NCBI GenBank assembly: GCA_017656135.1
Contig: JACDOJ010000006.1
Span: 6,776 to 70,775 of the forward strand
Reading direction: 5' to 3'
Length of the DNA: 64,000 bases
Source: Bacillota bacterium
GTDB taxonomy: Bacteria; Bacillota; UBA5301
Part shown: in pieces, positions 32,619-42,292 of the stretch
How the letters are laid out: the number at the start of each line of letters is the position of its first letter
How positions within the stretch are numbered: position 1 is the first letter of the stretch
Notes under the pieces: model-generated
Told to the model about the DNA's origin: nothing
Seen by the model: the letters and a program-made list of their open reading frames with translations, nothing else
Database searches by the model: none
Position numbers and translations under genes: made by a program

Positions 32619-32845
32619 GGAAATTACCCCCTTTATTGCCGAATTATCCGGTTGATACTATTGTAGCAATTACTTACACAGCCTGTCAGCGACGACCAAA
32701 AGGCCAAAACCAGCCTCAACAGGCAAGACTTCAACTAGTTAAGGGGGGGCAAGCTCTCTTTTATCCTTTTGACCCAGATTCTCCTTGAATACCAGAAAAT
32801 GTCATAGACGGACCGCTTTGGCCAGCACTCTTCAGATTGAACAGG

Positions 32846-33463
32846 CTATTTTCTCCGTTTAGCCAGCACCGACCAGACCGCCTCGTTAGGTGTTTGACCG
32901 TCTTCCAACAAGACCATCAGATGGTAGAGCAGGTCGGCTGCTTCCTGAGAAAGTTCTTCCGGGGATCGGTTTTTGGCGGCAACGATAACCTCAGCCGCCT
33001 CTTCTCCAATCTTTTTACAGATCTTATCGACACCTTTCTCCAACAAGTAGTTGGTATAGGATCCTTCGACCGGATTCTCCTTCCGGTCCCTGATCACCCG
33101 GCGCAGCTCATCTAAAATCTTGGGCGTTGCAGCCAGTTCCTGCTCTCCCTTGATCGGATAATGAAAACAGGACCAGGTGCCTTCATGACAGGCACCGGTT
33201 CCTTTTTGGTGGACTTTGATGAGCAAAGTGTCCTGGTCGCAGTCGGTGGTGATGGAAACCACCTCTTGGATGTTCCCGGAGGTTTCCCCCTTCGGCCAGA
33301 GTTCCTGCCGACTCCGACTGTAAAACCAGGTTCGCCCTGTCTCCAGAGTCTTAGCCAGCGACTCCTGGTTCATGTAGGCGAGCATCAATACTTCACCGCT
33401 ATCAGCATCCTGAACGATGGCTGGAATCAGTCCGTTGATATACTTCAACTTGGTGATATCCAT
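32846..33463 (-). CDS. hisIE: Phosphoribosyl-AMP cyclohydrolase / phosphoribosyl-ATP pyrophosphatase
   Basis: [30 protein letters not shown]. Confidence 0.95.
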   Translation of the reverse strand: MDITKLKYINGLIPAIVQDADSGEVLMLAYMNQESLAKTLETGRTWFYSRSRQELWPKGETSGNIQEVVSITTDCDQDTLLIKVHQKGTGACHEGTWSCFHYPIKGEQELAATPKILDELRRVIRDRKENPVEGSYTNYLLEKGVDKICKKIGEEAAEVIVAAKNRSPEELSQEAADLLYHLMVLLEDGQTPNEAVWSVLAKRRK

Positions 33464-33474
33464 ATCCAAACTCC

Positions 33475-34239
33475 TTACTCTACAGGTCTGACCGGTATTC
33501 CGGCCTGGGCCAGGTATTCTTTGGTTTCAGCTATGGTGAACTCTTTGTAGTGAAAAATGGAAGCCGCCAGCACCGCATCGACCCGGCCTTTCAGGATGGC
33601 GTCTTTGAGGTGGACCAGCTCCCCGGCTCCCCCTGAGGCAATCACCGGAATGTTCACTTCCCGGGCCACAGCCGAGTTTAACTCATTATCGTACCCGGAT
33701 TTGGTGCCGTCCCGGTCCATGCTGGTCAAGAGGATCTCCCCGGCGCCCAAGGCCTCGGCCCGTTTGGCCCACTCTACGACGTCAATGCCGGTGGGAGTTC
33801 TGCCACCGTGGATGAAAACCTCCCAACCTCCACTCTCCCGACTTTTGGCGTCAATGGCCACCACAATGCACTGGCTCCCAAACTCGCTGGCACCCTTTTG
33901 AATCAGCTCCGGATTGAGAACAGCGGCCGTATTAATGGAAACCTTGTCCGCGCCGGCCAGGAGCACCGCCCGGACATCCTCGATGCTGGAAATGCCGCCG
34001 CCGACGGTAAAGGGAATGAAAACCTCTTCGGCCGTGCGCTGAACTAGGTCCACCAGGATCTTGCGCTTCTCGTGGGAGGCGGTGATATCCAGAAAGACTA
34101 CCTCATCGGCGCCTTCCTTATCATACAAGGCAGCGAGCTCCACCGGGTCACCGGCGTCTTTCAGGCCGACGAAGTTGGTCCCTTTGACCACCCGCCCGTC
34201 CTTCACATCCAGGCAGGGGATAATCCGCTTGGCTAGCAC
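33475..34239 (-). CDS. hisF: Imidazole glycerol phosphate synthase cyclase
   Basis: [23 protein letters not shown]. Confidence 0.97.
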   Translation of the reverse strand: MLAKRIIPCLDVKDGRVVKGTNFVGLKDAGDPVELAALYDKEGADEVVFLDITASHEKRKILVDLVQRTAEEVFIPFTVGGGISSIEDVRAVLLAGADKVSINTAAVLNPELIQKGASEFGSQCIVVAIDAKSRESGGWEVFIHGGRTPTGIDVVEWAKRAEALGAGEILLTSMDRDGTKSGYDNELNSAVAREVNIPVIASGGAGELVHLKDAILKGRVDAVLAASIFHYKEFTIAETKEYLAQAGIPVRPVE

Positions 34240-34973
34240 CCGCCCTCACCTCCGGCCAAGTCCAGGGCTTCCGCCAGGTTAACAGCCCCGGTGTAGAGGG
34301 CCTTGCCCACAATGATCCCGGAGAGCAGCGGGTTCTTCCTGGCAGCCTCCGCTGCCTCTTCAATGTCAACTAGGCCCGAGACGCCGCCGGAGATAATCAC
34401 CTTGAGGCCGGTCTTTTCCGCCAGGTCCAAGCTGGAGGCGATGTTGGGACCGGAAAGCATCCCGTCCCTGGCGATGTCAGTGAAGATCACCGTCTCCACC
34501 CCCAGTTCCTTCATCTGGGTACCTAGCTCCCAGGCGGAGACTTGGACCTTCTCTTGCCAGCCCTCTACTGCCACTTGGCCGTCTCTGGCGTCGATTCCCA
34601 CAATGATACGGTCGCCGTACTCCTTTACAGCCTCGGCCACAAACCGTGGATCCCGGTAGGCGGCTGTGCCGATGATGCCGTAGCGGGCCCCGGCGGCAAA
34701 GACCTCTTCTAGGTTTGCCATGCTCCGCAAGCCTCCTCCCACCTCAATGGGGATCGCTAGCTCCTTAGCGATAGCCTTGATCACGTCCCGGTTCTCTCCA
34801 GACCGGCGGGCGGCATCCAAATCCACCAGGTGCAGCCTTTCGGCACCCAAAGAAGCCCACTTTACAGCGACCTCCACCGGATCCTCACTGTAGACGGTTT
34901 CCTGGTTATAATCACCCTGCCGCAGACGGACACAGCGCCCACCGAGCAGGTCTATAGCTGGGATTACTAGCAT
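34233..34973 (-). CDS. hisA: ProFAR isomerase
   Basis: [25 protein letters not shown]. Confidence 0.96.
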   Translation of the reverse strand: MLVIPAIDLLGGRCVRLRQGDYNQETVYSEDPVEVAVKWASLGAERLHLVDLDAARRSGENRDVIKAIAKELAIPIEVGGGLRSMANLEEVFAAGARYGIIGTAAYRDPRFVAEAVKEYGDRIIVGIDARDGQVAVEGWQEKVQVSAWELGTQMKELGVETVIFTDIARDGMLSGPNIASSLDLAEKTGLKVIISGGVSGLVDIEEAAEAARKNPLLSGIIVGKALYTGAVNLAEALDLAGGEGGC

Positions 34974-34984
34974 GGTCTCTCTCC

Positions 34985-35599
34985 TTAAGCTTTCATGGAT
35001 GCGAAATTGTCCAGGATCTTCAGCCCCAAACGGCTGCTTTTTTCCGGGTGAAACTGAAGGGCACAGACTTTACCCCGACCGACGATGGCCGGATAAGACA
35101 AGCCGTATTCCGCCTTGGCCAGAGTCACCTCGTCTACTTCCGGTGGGGCGTGGTAAGAGTGGACGAAATAGAAGTAATCGCCGTCAGAGATCCCGTGCAA
35201 GATGGGGTGGTCCCTGACCTCCTTCAGACTGTTCCACCCGATCTGAGGAACCTTCACTTTCTCCGGAAAACGGCGCACAGTCCCGCGAAAGAAGCCCAAA
35301 CCCTTGGGTCTCTCCCCGGCAAAAGACTCTTCGCTCTCGGTAAAAAGCAGCTGGAGTCCTAGGCAGATGCCTAAGAACGGCCGGTCTGAAGCTAGATACT
35401 CTTGAATAGCTTCTACCAGGCCATACTGGTGGAGGTTGCGCATCCCGGCTCCAAAAGCCCCGACCCCTGGAAGAACCAGGTGATCGGCATCAGTGATATC
35501 CTCTTTTTTGCTGGTCAAGAAAACCTTGTGCCCTAGGTGTTCAAAGGCCTTCTGCACGCTGCGCAGGTTACCTAAGCCGTAATCGATGATGGTTATCAC
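34985..35599 (-). CDS. hisH: Imidazole glycerol phosphate synthase glutaminase
   Basis: DYG.GNL.SV, PGVGAF, GICLGLQ, QFHPEKS. Confidence 0.96.
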   Translation of the reverse strand: MITIIDYGLGNLRSVQKAFEHLGHKVFLTSKKEDITDADHLVLPGVGAFGAGMRNLHQYGLVEAIQEYLASDRPFLGICLGLQLLFTESEESFAGERPKGLGFFRGTVRRFPEKVKVPQIGWNSLKEVRDHPILHGISDGDYFYFVHSYHAPPEVDEVTLAKAEYGLSYPAIVGRGKVCALQFHPEKSSRLGLKILDNFASMKA

Positions 35600-36189
35600 T
35601 CTAGTACCCCTTTTGTGGAAGGTATACCGCTGATTTTCGGGTTTCGGGCAGCTGCCATGCGCAAGGCCCGCCCTAGGGCCTTAAAGAGCGCCTCAATCAT
35701 ATGGTGGCTGTTCTGGCCGGTGACTTGGGCGTGGAGGGTGATCCCAGCGTAGGTGCAAAAAGCCTGCAAAAACTCTTTGACCAAGCAGGTTTCAAAATCC
35801 CCCACCCGCTCCTGAGGAAATTGCGCAGTCAATACCAGATACGGGCGGCCGCAGATATCCAAAACCACCCGGGCTAAGGCATCATCCATAGGAACATCAA
35901 AGGTCCCGTACCGCTCAATTCCCTCCTTGCTCCGAAGGGCTTCTTTCAAGGCCTGACCCAGGGTAATCCCCACATCCTCCACAGTATGGTGGAAGTCCAC
36001 CTCCAGGTCCCCCTGGGCCTGAATGGAAAGGCCGAAGAGACTGTGCTTGGCCAACTGTTCCAGCATGTGATCGAAGAAACCAATTCCGGTATCGATGACC
36101 GCAGGTGAAGTCACATCAAGGTTAACTCCTACCTGTACCAGGGTTTCCTTGGTTTTGCGCTCGACGCGACTGACCCGAGCCTCACTCAT
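35596..36189 (-). CDS. hisB: Imidazoleglycerol-phosphate dehydratase (monofunctional)
   Basis: FFDHML, HHTVED, N.HHMIEA.FKA, PSTKG. Confidence 0.96.
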   Translation of the reverse strand: MSEARVSRVERKTKETLVQVGVNLDVTSPAVIDTGIGFFDHMLEQLAKHSLFGLSIQAQGDLEVDFHHTVEDVGITLGQALKEALRSKEGIERYGTFDVPMDDALARVVLDICGRPYLVLTAQFPQERVGDFETCLVKEFLQAFCTYAGITLHAQVTGQNSHHMIEALFKALGRALRMAAARNPKISGIPSTKGVLE

Positions 36190-37498
36190 TGTTATCCTCC
36201 TTCAAACGTACCCGTACCGCATTGGCGTGGGCGGTAAAGCCTTCAGTCTCAGCCAAGACCAGCACACTGGGGGCCAATTTCTCGAGGGCCTCCGGTCCGT
36301 ACTGAGAGTAACTCATCCGCTTCAGAAAATCATCAACGCTCAAGCCAGAAGAGAACCGGGCGGTGCCGTGGGTGGGCAAGACGTGGTTCGTCCCCGAGGC
36401 GTAATCCCCCAGTGGTTCAGGGGTGTATCCACCGATGAAGACCGTCCCGGCGGCTTTGACCTTTTCCAGCCAGTCTCTGGCCCCGGCAAAGTAGAGCTCC
36501 AGGTGCTCGGGAGCCAGGATGTTAACTAGCTCAATAGCCTCATCCAGAGAACTAACCAGGATGCACCTGCCCCACCTCTTAAGAGCCTGGCGGGCGGTTT
36601 CGGCCCGCTCCAGCTCAGCCAGCTGCCGGATGAGTTCGGCCTCCACCTCTTTGGCCAGGTGCAAACTGGTGGTGAAGAGAAAAGCCCCGGCCTCAGGGTC
36701 GTGTTCGGCTTGGGAGAGCAGGTCCGCGGCCACATAGACCGGGTTGGCCGTTTCATCAGCCACCACCGCGATCTCCGAGGGACCGGCTAACATGTCGATG
36801 CCCACATTGCCGTAAACCAGCTTCTTAGCAATGGTAACGTAAATATTACCGGGCCCGCAGATCTTATCGACCCTGGGAATAGTTTCGGTGCCGAAAGCCA
36901 TGGCGGCGATGGCCTGAGCACCGCCGATTCGGTAGATCTCCTTAACTCCCAGAACCTTGGCGGCCGCCAGTATATGCGGGTTTACCGTTCCCTCTGGCCC
37001 CGGCGGGGTCACCAAGCAGATTTCCTCGACCCCGGCGACTTGAGGAGGGATCACATTCATTAGCACCGAGGAAGGATAGGGGGCCCGGCCTCCCGGAACG
37101 TACACCCCCACCCGGCGCAGCGGCAAATAGCGGCGGCCTAACACAGCTCCGGTCTCATCCTGGTATGACCAGTTCTCCGGCAGCTGCTTCCGGTGGTATC
37201 GCCGGATGCGTTCAGCGGCGAACTTAACGGCCTCCAGGAACTCGGTTGAAACCGCCCCTTGGGCGGCATCCAGTTCGGCTGCGCTCACCTGGAGTTTCTC
37301 GGATGTGAGCTCCACTCCGTCGAATTTAGCGGTGTACTCCAAGAGGGCTGCATCGCCTTTTTGCCGCACCGCCTCTAGAATCTCTCTCACTGCCGCCTCT
37401 TTGGCCGGGTCAAACTCTAGGCCCCGGTTCAAAAGACTCTGATCAAATTCAGTATCCTTCGAATAGCTAATAACCTGCCATATTCGTTCTTCAGACAC
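36182..37498 (-). CDS. hisD: Histidinol dehydrogenase
   Basis: YVPGG, GPGN.YV, AGPSE, QAEH, APEHL, GDY..G.NHVLPT. Confidence 0.97.
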   Translation of the reverse strand: MSEERIWQVISYSKDTEFDQSLLNRGLEFDPAKEAAVREILEAVRQKGDAALLEYTAKFDGVELTSEKLQVSAAELDAAQGAVSTEFLEAVKFAAERIRRYHRKQLPENWSYQDETGAVLGRRYLPLRRVGVYVPGGRAPYPSSVLMNVIPPQVAGVEEICLVTPPGPEGTVNPHILAAAKVLGVKEIYRIGGAQAIAAMAFGTETIPRVDKICGPGNIYVTIAKKLVYGNVGIDMLAGPSEIAVVADETANPVYVAADLLSQAEHDPEAGAFLFTTSLHLAKEVEAELIRQLAELERAETARQALKRWGRCILVSSLDEAIELVNILAPEHLELYFAGARDWLEKVKAAGTVFIGGYTPEPLGDYASGTNHVLPTHGTARFSSGLSVDDFLKRMSYSQYGPEALEKLAPSVLVLAETEGFTAHANAVRVRLKEDNNE

Positions 37499-38147
37499 TG
37501 GCCTTTTCCCCCTGTACTGCAGAAAGTCTTTTCACCATCTCTTGGATCAACGGATAGCGGACCTTATAACTGATTTTGTTGCTGACCAGCCGGGCACTGA
37601 CCGTCCGGATCTCCTCCACCACCCGCAGGTTGTTCTGGGCCAAGGTAGATCCGGTTTCGGTGATATCCACGATGGCTGTAGCCAGGCCGGCTTTAGGGGC
37701 CAGTTCAATGGAACCGTTAAGTTTCAGGATCTCCACTTGAATACCGTGGGAGGCGAAGAATGAGCGGGAAATGCGGGGAAACTTGGTGGCAATCCTGGAA
37801 CCCGGCAAGAGGTCAGTGGCTTTGGTGATCGGGGAATCATCTGGAACCGCCATGATCAGCCGGCACTTGCCGATCCCTAAATCCACCAGCTCACAAAGCT
37901 CCCGGCCGGCTTCAAGCAGGACGTCTTTGCCGGCGACCCCTAGGTCAACCGCGCCGTACTCTACATAAACCGGAACATCCGCCGGCTTGACCAGCAAGAA
38001 CTGCCAGCTGCCATCGGGTGTGGAGAGCATCAGGCGCCGCTCTGGATCCAGATCGGGTTCGAGATCGATGAAACCCGCTTGAGCCAACATTTTGAGCACT
38101 GGTGTAAACAATCTTCCTTTGGGTACTGCAACCTTAATGGGATCCAT
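37491..38147 (-). CDS. hisG: ATP phosphoribosyltransferase, short form
   Basis: PKGRL, DVP.YV, ATKFP, GSIELAP, ETGSTL..N.L; 218 aa, HisZ-dependent type. Confidence 0.95.
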   Translation of the reverse strand: MDPIKVAVPKGRLFTPVLKMLAQAGFIDLEPDLDPERRLMLSTPDGSWQFLLVKPADVPVYVEYGAVDLGVAGKDVLLEAGRELCELVDLGIGKCRLIMAVPDDSPITKATDLLPGSRIATKFPRISRSFFASHGIQVEILKLNGSIELAPKAGLATAIVDITETGSTLAQNNLRVVEEIRTVSARLVSNKISYKVRYPLIQEMVKRLSAVQGEKASV

Positions 38148-38162
38148 CTCTCTCCTCTTTCT

Positions 38163-38182
38163 TTATTTACCGAGATAAAGTG
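38163..38182. promoter_or_regulatory. Putative HisR (YerC) operator upstream of hisG
   Basis: ttaTTTA-ccgaga-TAAAGTG fits the recalled HisR pattern TTTA-N6-TAAA; further TAAA half-sites follow at 8-nt spacing. Confidence 0.65.
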
Positions 38183-38203
38183 ATAAATCAATAAATTACA
38201 GTC

Positions 38204-38232
38204 ATGTTATCACACCGCCCGTGAGCTGTCAA
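38204..38232 (-). promoter_or_regulatory. Internal SigA promoter for hisG-hisIE
   Basis: TTGACA-17 nt-TAACAT; the -35 overlaps the hisZ stop codon. Confidence 0.7.
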
Positions 38233-39470
38233 CCCCAGAGCTCGTTCACGAAATCCACTACTTCATCTAGGGAAATAGCTGTTCTTTCCTGATCTTTAGT
38301 CCGAATCTCAAACCGGCTGTCGGCTGTGACAAGGACGTTCAGCTCGGCCTCCTTGGACTCAGTCTTATTCAGACTGACGACGGCAGTGTGGCCTGCCTCC
38401 CGCAGCCGGGCAGCCAGCTCCTGGGCCCTTTCCCTCAGGGGGTCGTTATAATCCACCACCACTACCCTTTGCTTTTGGTCTTCAGCAGTAGCTGCTTTTA
38501 GCTCCAAGAGCCGCTCCAGACCGAAACCGAAACCAACCGCCGGCTTATCCGCCCCGAAACGCCCAATCAAGCGGTCATACCGGCCTCCGCTACAGACCGT
38601 GTACCCGATGTCGGCCACATACCCCTCGAAAACCACACCGGTGTAGTACTCTAAGTCTTTTAACATACCCAAATCAATCCGGACTCGTTCCAAGACTTGA
38701 TCAGGGAGGAGTTCGCAGACGGCTTCCAAGTGCTCCAAGGCTGCCTGAGAAGTGCTGCTTTTGGTAAGCTCTTTGGCTCGGCTGATCACCTCTACTCCGC
38801 CCCGCAGGGCCAATAGCTCCTCTAACTGTTCCTGAGTCTCGGAGGGAAGATGCGCCGCCGCCAGGATCTCTTTAAGGGTGACAAAATCTTTGTTGAGAAG
38901 CGCCCCCCGGATAAGCCGCTGCTCTCGAGGAGAGAGGCCGGAGTCCTCTAAAATTCCCAGGCTGAAGCTGACCTCCCCAAGGTCCAGAGCATACCCGGTA
39001 ATTCCTAAAGCCTCAAAGACCGTGGCCGCCAGCTGAATGACCTCAGCATCAGCCTTTGGGCTGCTGGAGCCGATGAGTTCCACTCCCGCTTGGTGAAACT
39101 CCCTTTCCCGACCCATGCCTGGCTCCACATAACGAAAGATGTTGGTCAAGTAAGCTAGGCGAAGAATCCGATTCTCATCATTGAACCTAGTGGCAGCGAG
39201 ACGGGCAATTGGCGTGGTGGCATCTGAGCGCAGCCCCAGAATGTTACCTTCCCTGTCGAAAAAACGGAAGATCATCTCATCAGATTCAGGGCCGGTACCC
39301 TGACGAAGGACTTCCATGTATTCAAAAGTGGGGGTAATCACCTCACTGTACCCCCACAACCGAAAAATCTCCCGAATTGTTGCCTCAATCTCCCGGATTA
39401 AGTCGGCGGCACCAGCCAGATAATCCCTAGTGCCCCTAGGTCTTTGCAACAGCAAATCCTCTTTAGTCAA
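38229..39470 (-). CDS. hisZ: ATP phosphoribosyltransferase regulatory subunit
   Basis: HisRS-like P.GTRD, LR.D.T.PIAR, REF.QAGVE, YYTG..F, GGRYD; adjacent to short hisG. Confidence 0.93.
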   Translation of the reverse strand: MTKEDLLLQRPRGTRDYLAGAADLIREIEATIREIFRLWGYSEVITPTFEYMEVLRQGTGPESDEMIFRFFDREGNILGLRSDATTPIARLAATRFNDENRILRLAYLTNIFRYVEPGMGREREFHQAGVELIGSSSPKADAEVIQLAATVFEALGITGYALDLGEVSFSLGILEDSGLSPREQRLIRGALLNKDFVTLKEILAAAHLPSETQEQLEELLALRGGVEVISRAKELTKSSTSQAALEHLEAVCELLPDQVLERVRIDLGMLKDLEYYTGVVFEGYVADIGYTVCSGGRYDRLIGRFGADKPAVGFGFGLERLLELKAATAEDQKQRVVVVDYNDPLRERAQELAARLREAGHTAVVSLNKTESKEAELNVLVTADSRFEIRTKDQERTAISLDEVVDFVNELWG

Positions 39471-39774
39471 AGTTGACCTCTCCCAGTTTCTCCAGATTGT
39501 CTAAGACCAGGGTATAGCCGTCTGCCCCATAGTTCAAACAGCGTTTCACCCGACTGACCGTGGCGGTGCTGGCGCCGGTCTTGTCCACAATTTCCTGGTA
39601 CTTGCGCCCCTGTCTGAGCATTATCGCCACCTCTAGCCGCTGGCTCATGGCCTTTAATTCAGAGACCGTGCAAATATCCTCAAAAAAACGGTAGCACTCG
39701 TCCAGGTTCTGTAGAGACAAAACTGCCTTAAAAAAACGGTCCAACTCTGCACTTTTTAATTTGTCCAGAGACAT
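39463..39774 (-). CDS. YerC/YecD TrpR-like repressor (HisR)
   Basis: ECYRFFEDICT..EL.AM.QRL.VA, TGASTATVSRVKR; heads the his operon. Confidence 0.9.
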   Translation of the reverse strand: MSLDKLKSAELDRFFKAVLSLQNLDECYRFFEDICTVSELKAMSQRLEVAIMLRQGRKYQEIVDKTGASTATVSRVKRCLNYGADGYTLVLDNLEKLGEVNFD

Positions 39775-39802
39775 TGCTCTCTCCCCTGTCCAGATGTTTT
39801 CA

Positions 39803-39837
39803 CTCTTTACCATACTAAAAAGAAACTTTAAATGCAA
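39803..39837 (-). promoter_or_regulatory. SigA promoter of the hisR-his operon overlapped by a HisR operator
   Basis: TTGCAT-17 nt-TATGGT; operator ctcTTTA-ccatac-TAAAaag at 39803-39822 covers the -10. Confidence 0.65.
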
Positions 39838-39910
39838 GTGAAAAAGTTTAAGGCACATTCCGGGGCACTGGAATATATTGAACTGCAAATCTATCTGGGA
39901 GGTGCAGTGC

Positions 39911-40619
39911 ATGCACAAACATTGGCTTTTGGCGTTAGTTTTGGGCTTGTCACTTTGTCTGGGGTTGCCTGTACTCGGGGCTGAAGTAAAGTTCTCGGTG
40001 GAGGAAGAGATCTGGATCCCCAGGGTCAAGATGGAATCTGAGAACCGGGAAGAAGGCTGGGATCCGGCAACTCAAGTCTTTGACGGCTCTTTTCTCTCCT
40101 CCTTCACCACTCTCCGGGCTGATTTTCACAACGGCCTAGGTGGGCGGGTGCTCTTTAATTTAAGTAACCTGACCAAACTGGATTACCCTGAACACCGTTT
40201 TGGAGAGGGACCTGACTGAAGTTGCGAACTGGACATTCATCCCGACGGCGCCTCGGATACGATAGGGGCCGACCTAACTTATGCCTTTTCAGACTGGGGA
40301 AGGCTCTCGGTTGGGTATCGGGATTACAAGCTTCTCTTAGGAGCTAGGGGTACCAAGACAAATCCTTGGCTGCCTGAAGAAGGCACTTTCCTCAAAGAGT
40401 ACGGCATCCGGGCCAGTGGTCTGCGCATCGGGGCCGAAGCGGAATTCCCAGTAAATGACAAGCTTTCGATTTTACCGGTACTTGCACCTGATGGTCGACC
40501 AGTTAGCAGACCTCTCTGAGGACTCCGATTCGTCCCACGATCATTTTTACCGGCGGTGGTACGATTCCCACGATGCTACCATCGACGGACTGATGGTGGG
40601 AGCTACCTACAGGTTCTAA
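39911..40619 (+). pseudogene. Disrupted outer-membrane beta-barrel protein
   Basis: GGAGGTG RBS and signal peptide; in-frame TGA at 40217-40219; the frame continues with beta-strand-like segments; frame change near 40455-40473; the second frame ends GLMVGATYRF-stop. Confidence 0.72.
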
Positions 40620-40634
40620 AACTCGTGTTTATGC

Positions 40635-40669
40635 AAAGAGGACCTGGGGCACCCCCTAGGTCCTCTTTT
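40635..40669. terminator. Bidirectional intrinsic terminator between convergent genes
   Basis: AAAGAGGACCTGGGG-CAC-CCCCTAGGTCCTCTTTT inverted repeat. Confidence 0.85.
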
Positions 40670-40689
40670 ATTCCCTCCTAATTTGGGTC

Positions 40690-41991
40690 TTACGCACCCA
40701 ACCAGGCAAACCTGATGATGAAAAGGATGGATAAGACCCAGACCAACCAGTTGACCTCCTTACCCTTCCCGGCAAAGAGCTTGATGAAGGGATAAAGGGC
40801 GAAGGCCACAGCTATTCCGGTGGCAATGCTGTAAGAGAGGGGCATTGTAATAATCCCCAAAAAGGCCGGAATTGCGTCGGAGAAGTCTTGCCAGTTGATC
40901 TTAACAATGCTGGTAATCATCATAGAACCCACGATGATCAGGGCCGGAGCGGTAGCAGCCGCCGGAACTATGCCGATCAACGGACTGAAAAAGAGGGCCA
41001 AAAGAAACATAACAGAAACAGTGAGTCCGGTCAGACCGGTCCGACCACCAGCAGCAACACCGCTGGCGCTTTCTACATAGGTAGTTACAGTGGGAGTACC
41101 GAAGATAGAACCAGCGACGGTACCCAGAGAGTCAGCGAGCAGAGCTTTGCTGGCCCGGGGGAGTTTCCCGTCTTTAAGGAAACCGCCTTTTTCAGAAACC
41201 CCAACCAGAGTCCCTATTGTATCGAACATGTCCACAAAGAGGAAAGCGAAGATGATATTAAAAAGACCCAGTGAGAGGGCTCCTCCAATGTCCAGTTTGC
41301 CAAAAACAGGCGCCCAATCCTCGAAGTGGGGAAAGGCAATGAAGCCTTCAGGTACTTTGGTGACACCGAAAAAGAAACCGACAATAGTAGTGACGATTAT
41401 ACCTAAAAGAATAGCTCCGTTAACACCTCTGGCCAACATAACCGCAGTGATGACCACTCCGATGACGGCGAGCAAGGGAGTTGGCTGACTCAAATCGCCC
41501 AATCCAACCAAAGTCGCCGGGTTATCGACAATGATGCCGGCGTTTTGCAGGCCGATGAAAGCAATAAAGAGACCGATACCGGCGCTGATGGCCAGCTTCA
41601 GTGGAGATGGAATAGCATCAATAATCATTTCACGAATCTTGGAAACCGTTAAAATCAAAAAGACAATACCGGAAATGAAAACGGCGCCCAGAGCAGTCTG
41701 CCAAGAAACGCCCATTCCCAGAACAACCGAGTAGGTAAAGTAGGCATTCAGACCCATCCCAGGTGCCAGTGCAAAAGGATAATTCGCTAAAAGAGCCATA
41801 AAAAGGGTAGCCAAAGCAGCTGAAAAACAGGTAGCCATGAGGACGGCATTGAAGGGCATGCCAGTTGCTGAAACAATACTTGGGTTAACGAAAATGATGT
41901 AGGCCATAGTCATGAACGTAGTCAGACCGGCTACGATTTCAGTACGAACATCCGTCTTATTCTCTGATAGTTTAAACAGTTTTTCCAGCAT
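40690..41991 (-). CDS. NCS2 family purine permease (AzgA/PbuG-like)
   Basis: AG.TTF.TMAYI, APGMGLNAYF, DMFDT.GTL, YVESA.GV..GGRTGL. Confidence 0.92.
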   Translation of the reverse strand: MLEKLFKLSENKTDVRTEIVAGLTTFMTMAYIIFVNPSIVSATGMPFNAVLMATCFSAALATLFMALLANYPFALAPGMGLNAYFTYSVVLGMGVSWQTALGAVFISGIVFLILTVSKIREMIIDAIPSPLKLAISAGIGLFIAFIGLQNAGIIVDNPATLVGLGDLSQPTPLLAVIGVVITAVMLARGVNGAILLGIIVTTIVGFFFGVTKVPEGFIAFPHFEDWAPVFGKLDIGGALSLGLFNIIFAFLFVDMFDTIGTLVGVSEKGGFLKDGKLPRASKALLADSLGTVAGSIFGTPTVTTYVESASGVAAGGRTGLTGLTVSVMFLLALFFSPLIGIVPAAATAPALIIVGSMMITSIVKINWQDFSDAIPAFLGIITMPLSYSIATGIAVAFALYPFIKLFAGKGKEVNWLVWVLSILFIIRFAWLGA

Positions 41992-42108
41992 TTTTCCATA
42001 CCTCCTTTGAAATCTCAATCCCTCGACCCACCCGCCTGGTCAATCCAGGCTCAAAATTGAGGACGTTGATATGCGCTACCTGTGTATGATTCCCTGTAAA
42101 CACCCCCT

Positions 42109-42161
42109 AAAAAAGAAAAGAGCTTGGCTAAACCCAAAGGCTTGACCTCGGATTTTGCCAA
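42109..42161 (-). terminator. Terminator-like hairpin in the NCS2 permease leader
   Basis: TTGGCAAAATCCGAGG-TCAAG-CCTTTGGGTTTAGCCAA followed by GCTC and TTTTCTTTTTT. Confidence 0.6.
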
Positions 42162-42181
42162 ATATCGTAATTCAGTGTTAG

Positions 42182-42210
42182 TTTTTCGACATTAAGAAAG
42201 AATTTCCTGC
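42182..42210 (-). promoter_or_regulatory. SigH-type promoter
   Basis: GCAGGAAAT...GTCGAAAAA (AGGA-17 nt-GAAA). Confidence 0.6.
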
Positions 42211-42228
42211 CACAAATGGCTGCCAACT

Positions 42229-42259
42229 AAAAAGGCCATCGCCTCTGAAGGCGATAGCC
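42229..42259 (-). terminator. guaA terminator
   Basis: GGCTATCGCC-TTCAGA-GGCGATGGCC-TTTTT. Confidence 0.8.
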
Positions 42260-42292
42260 GTACGTTGACTCTAGGTTAACTCTAAGATGAGA

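Noticed and set aside
32620-32845. c-di-AMP (ydaO) riboswitch before the LysM hydrolase
   Set aside because: No ydaO consensus; a SigA-like promoter (CTGACA...TGcTACAAT) lies only ~40 nt from the start.
39775-40029. N-terminal extension of the 188-aa YerC ORF
   Set aside because: It covers the promoter/operator and the divergent gene; family similarity begins at ATG 39774.
40217-40262. In-frame TGA as selenocysteine (D-U-S-C)
   Set aside because: Only a weak downstream hairpin, the protein looks like a beta-barrel rather than a redox enzyme, and a second lesion (frameshift) makes a pseudogene more parsimonious.
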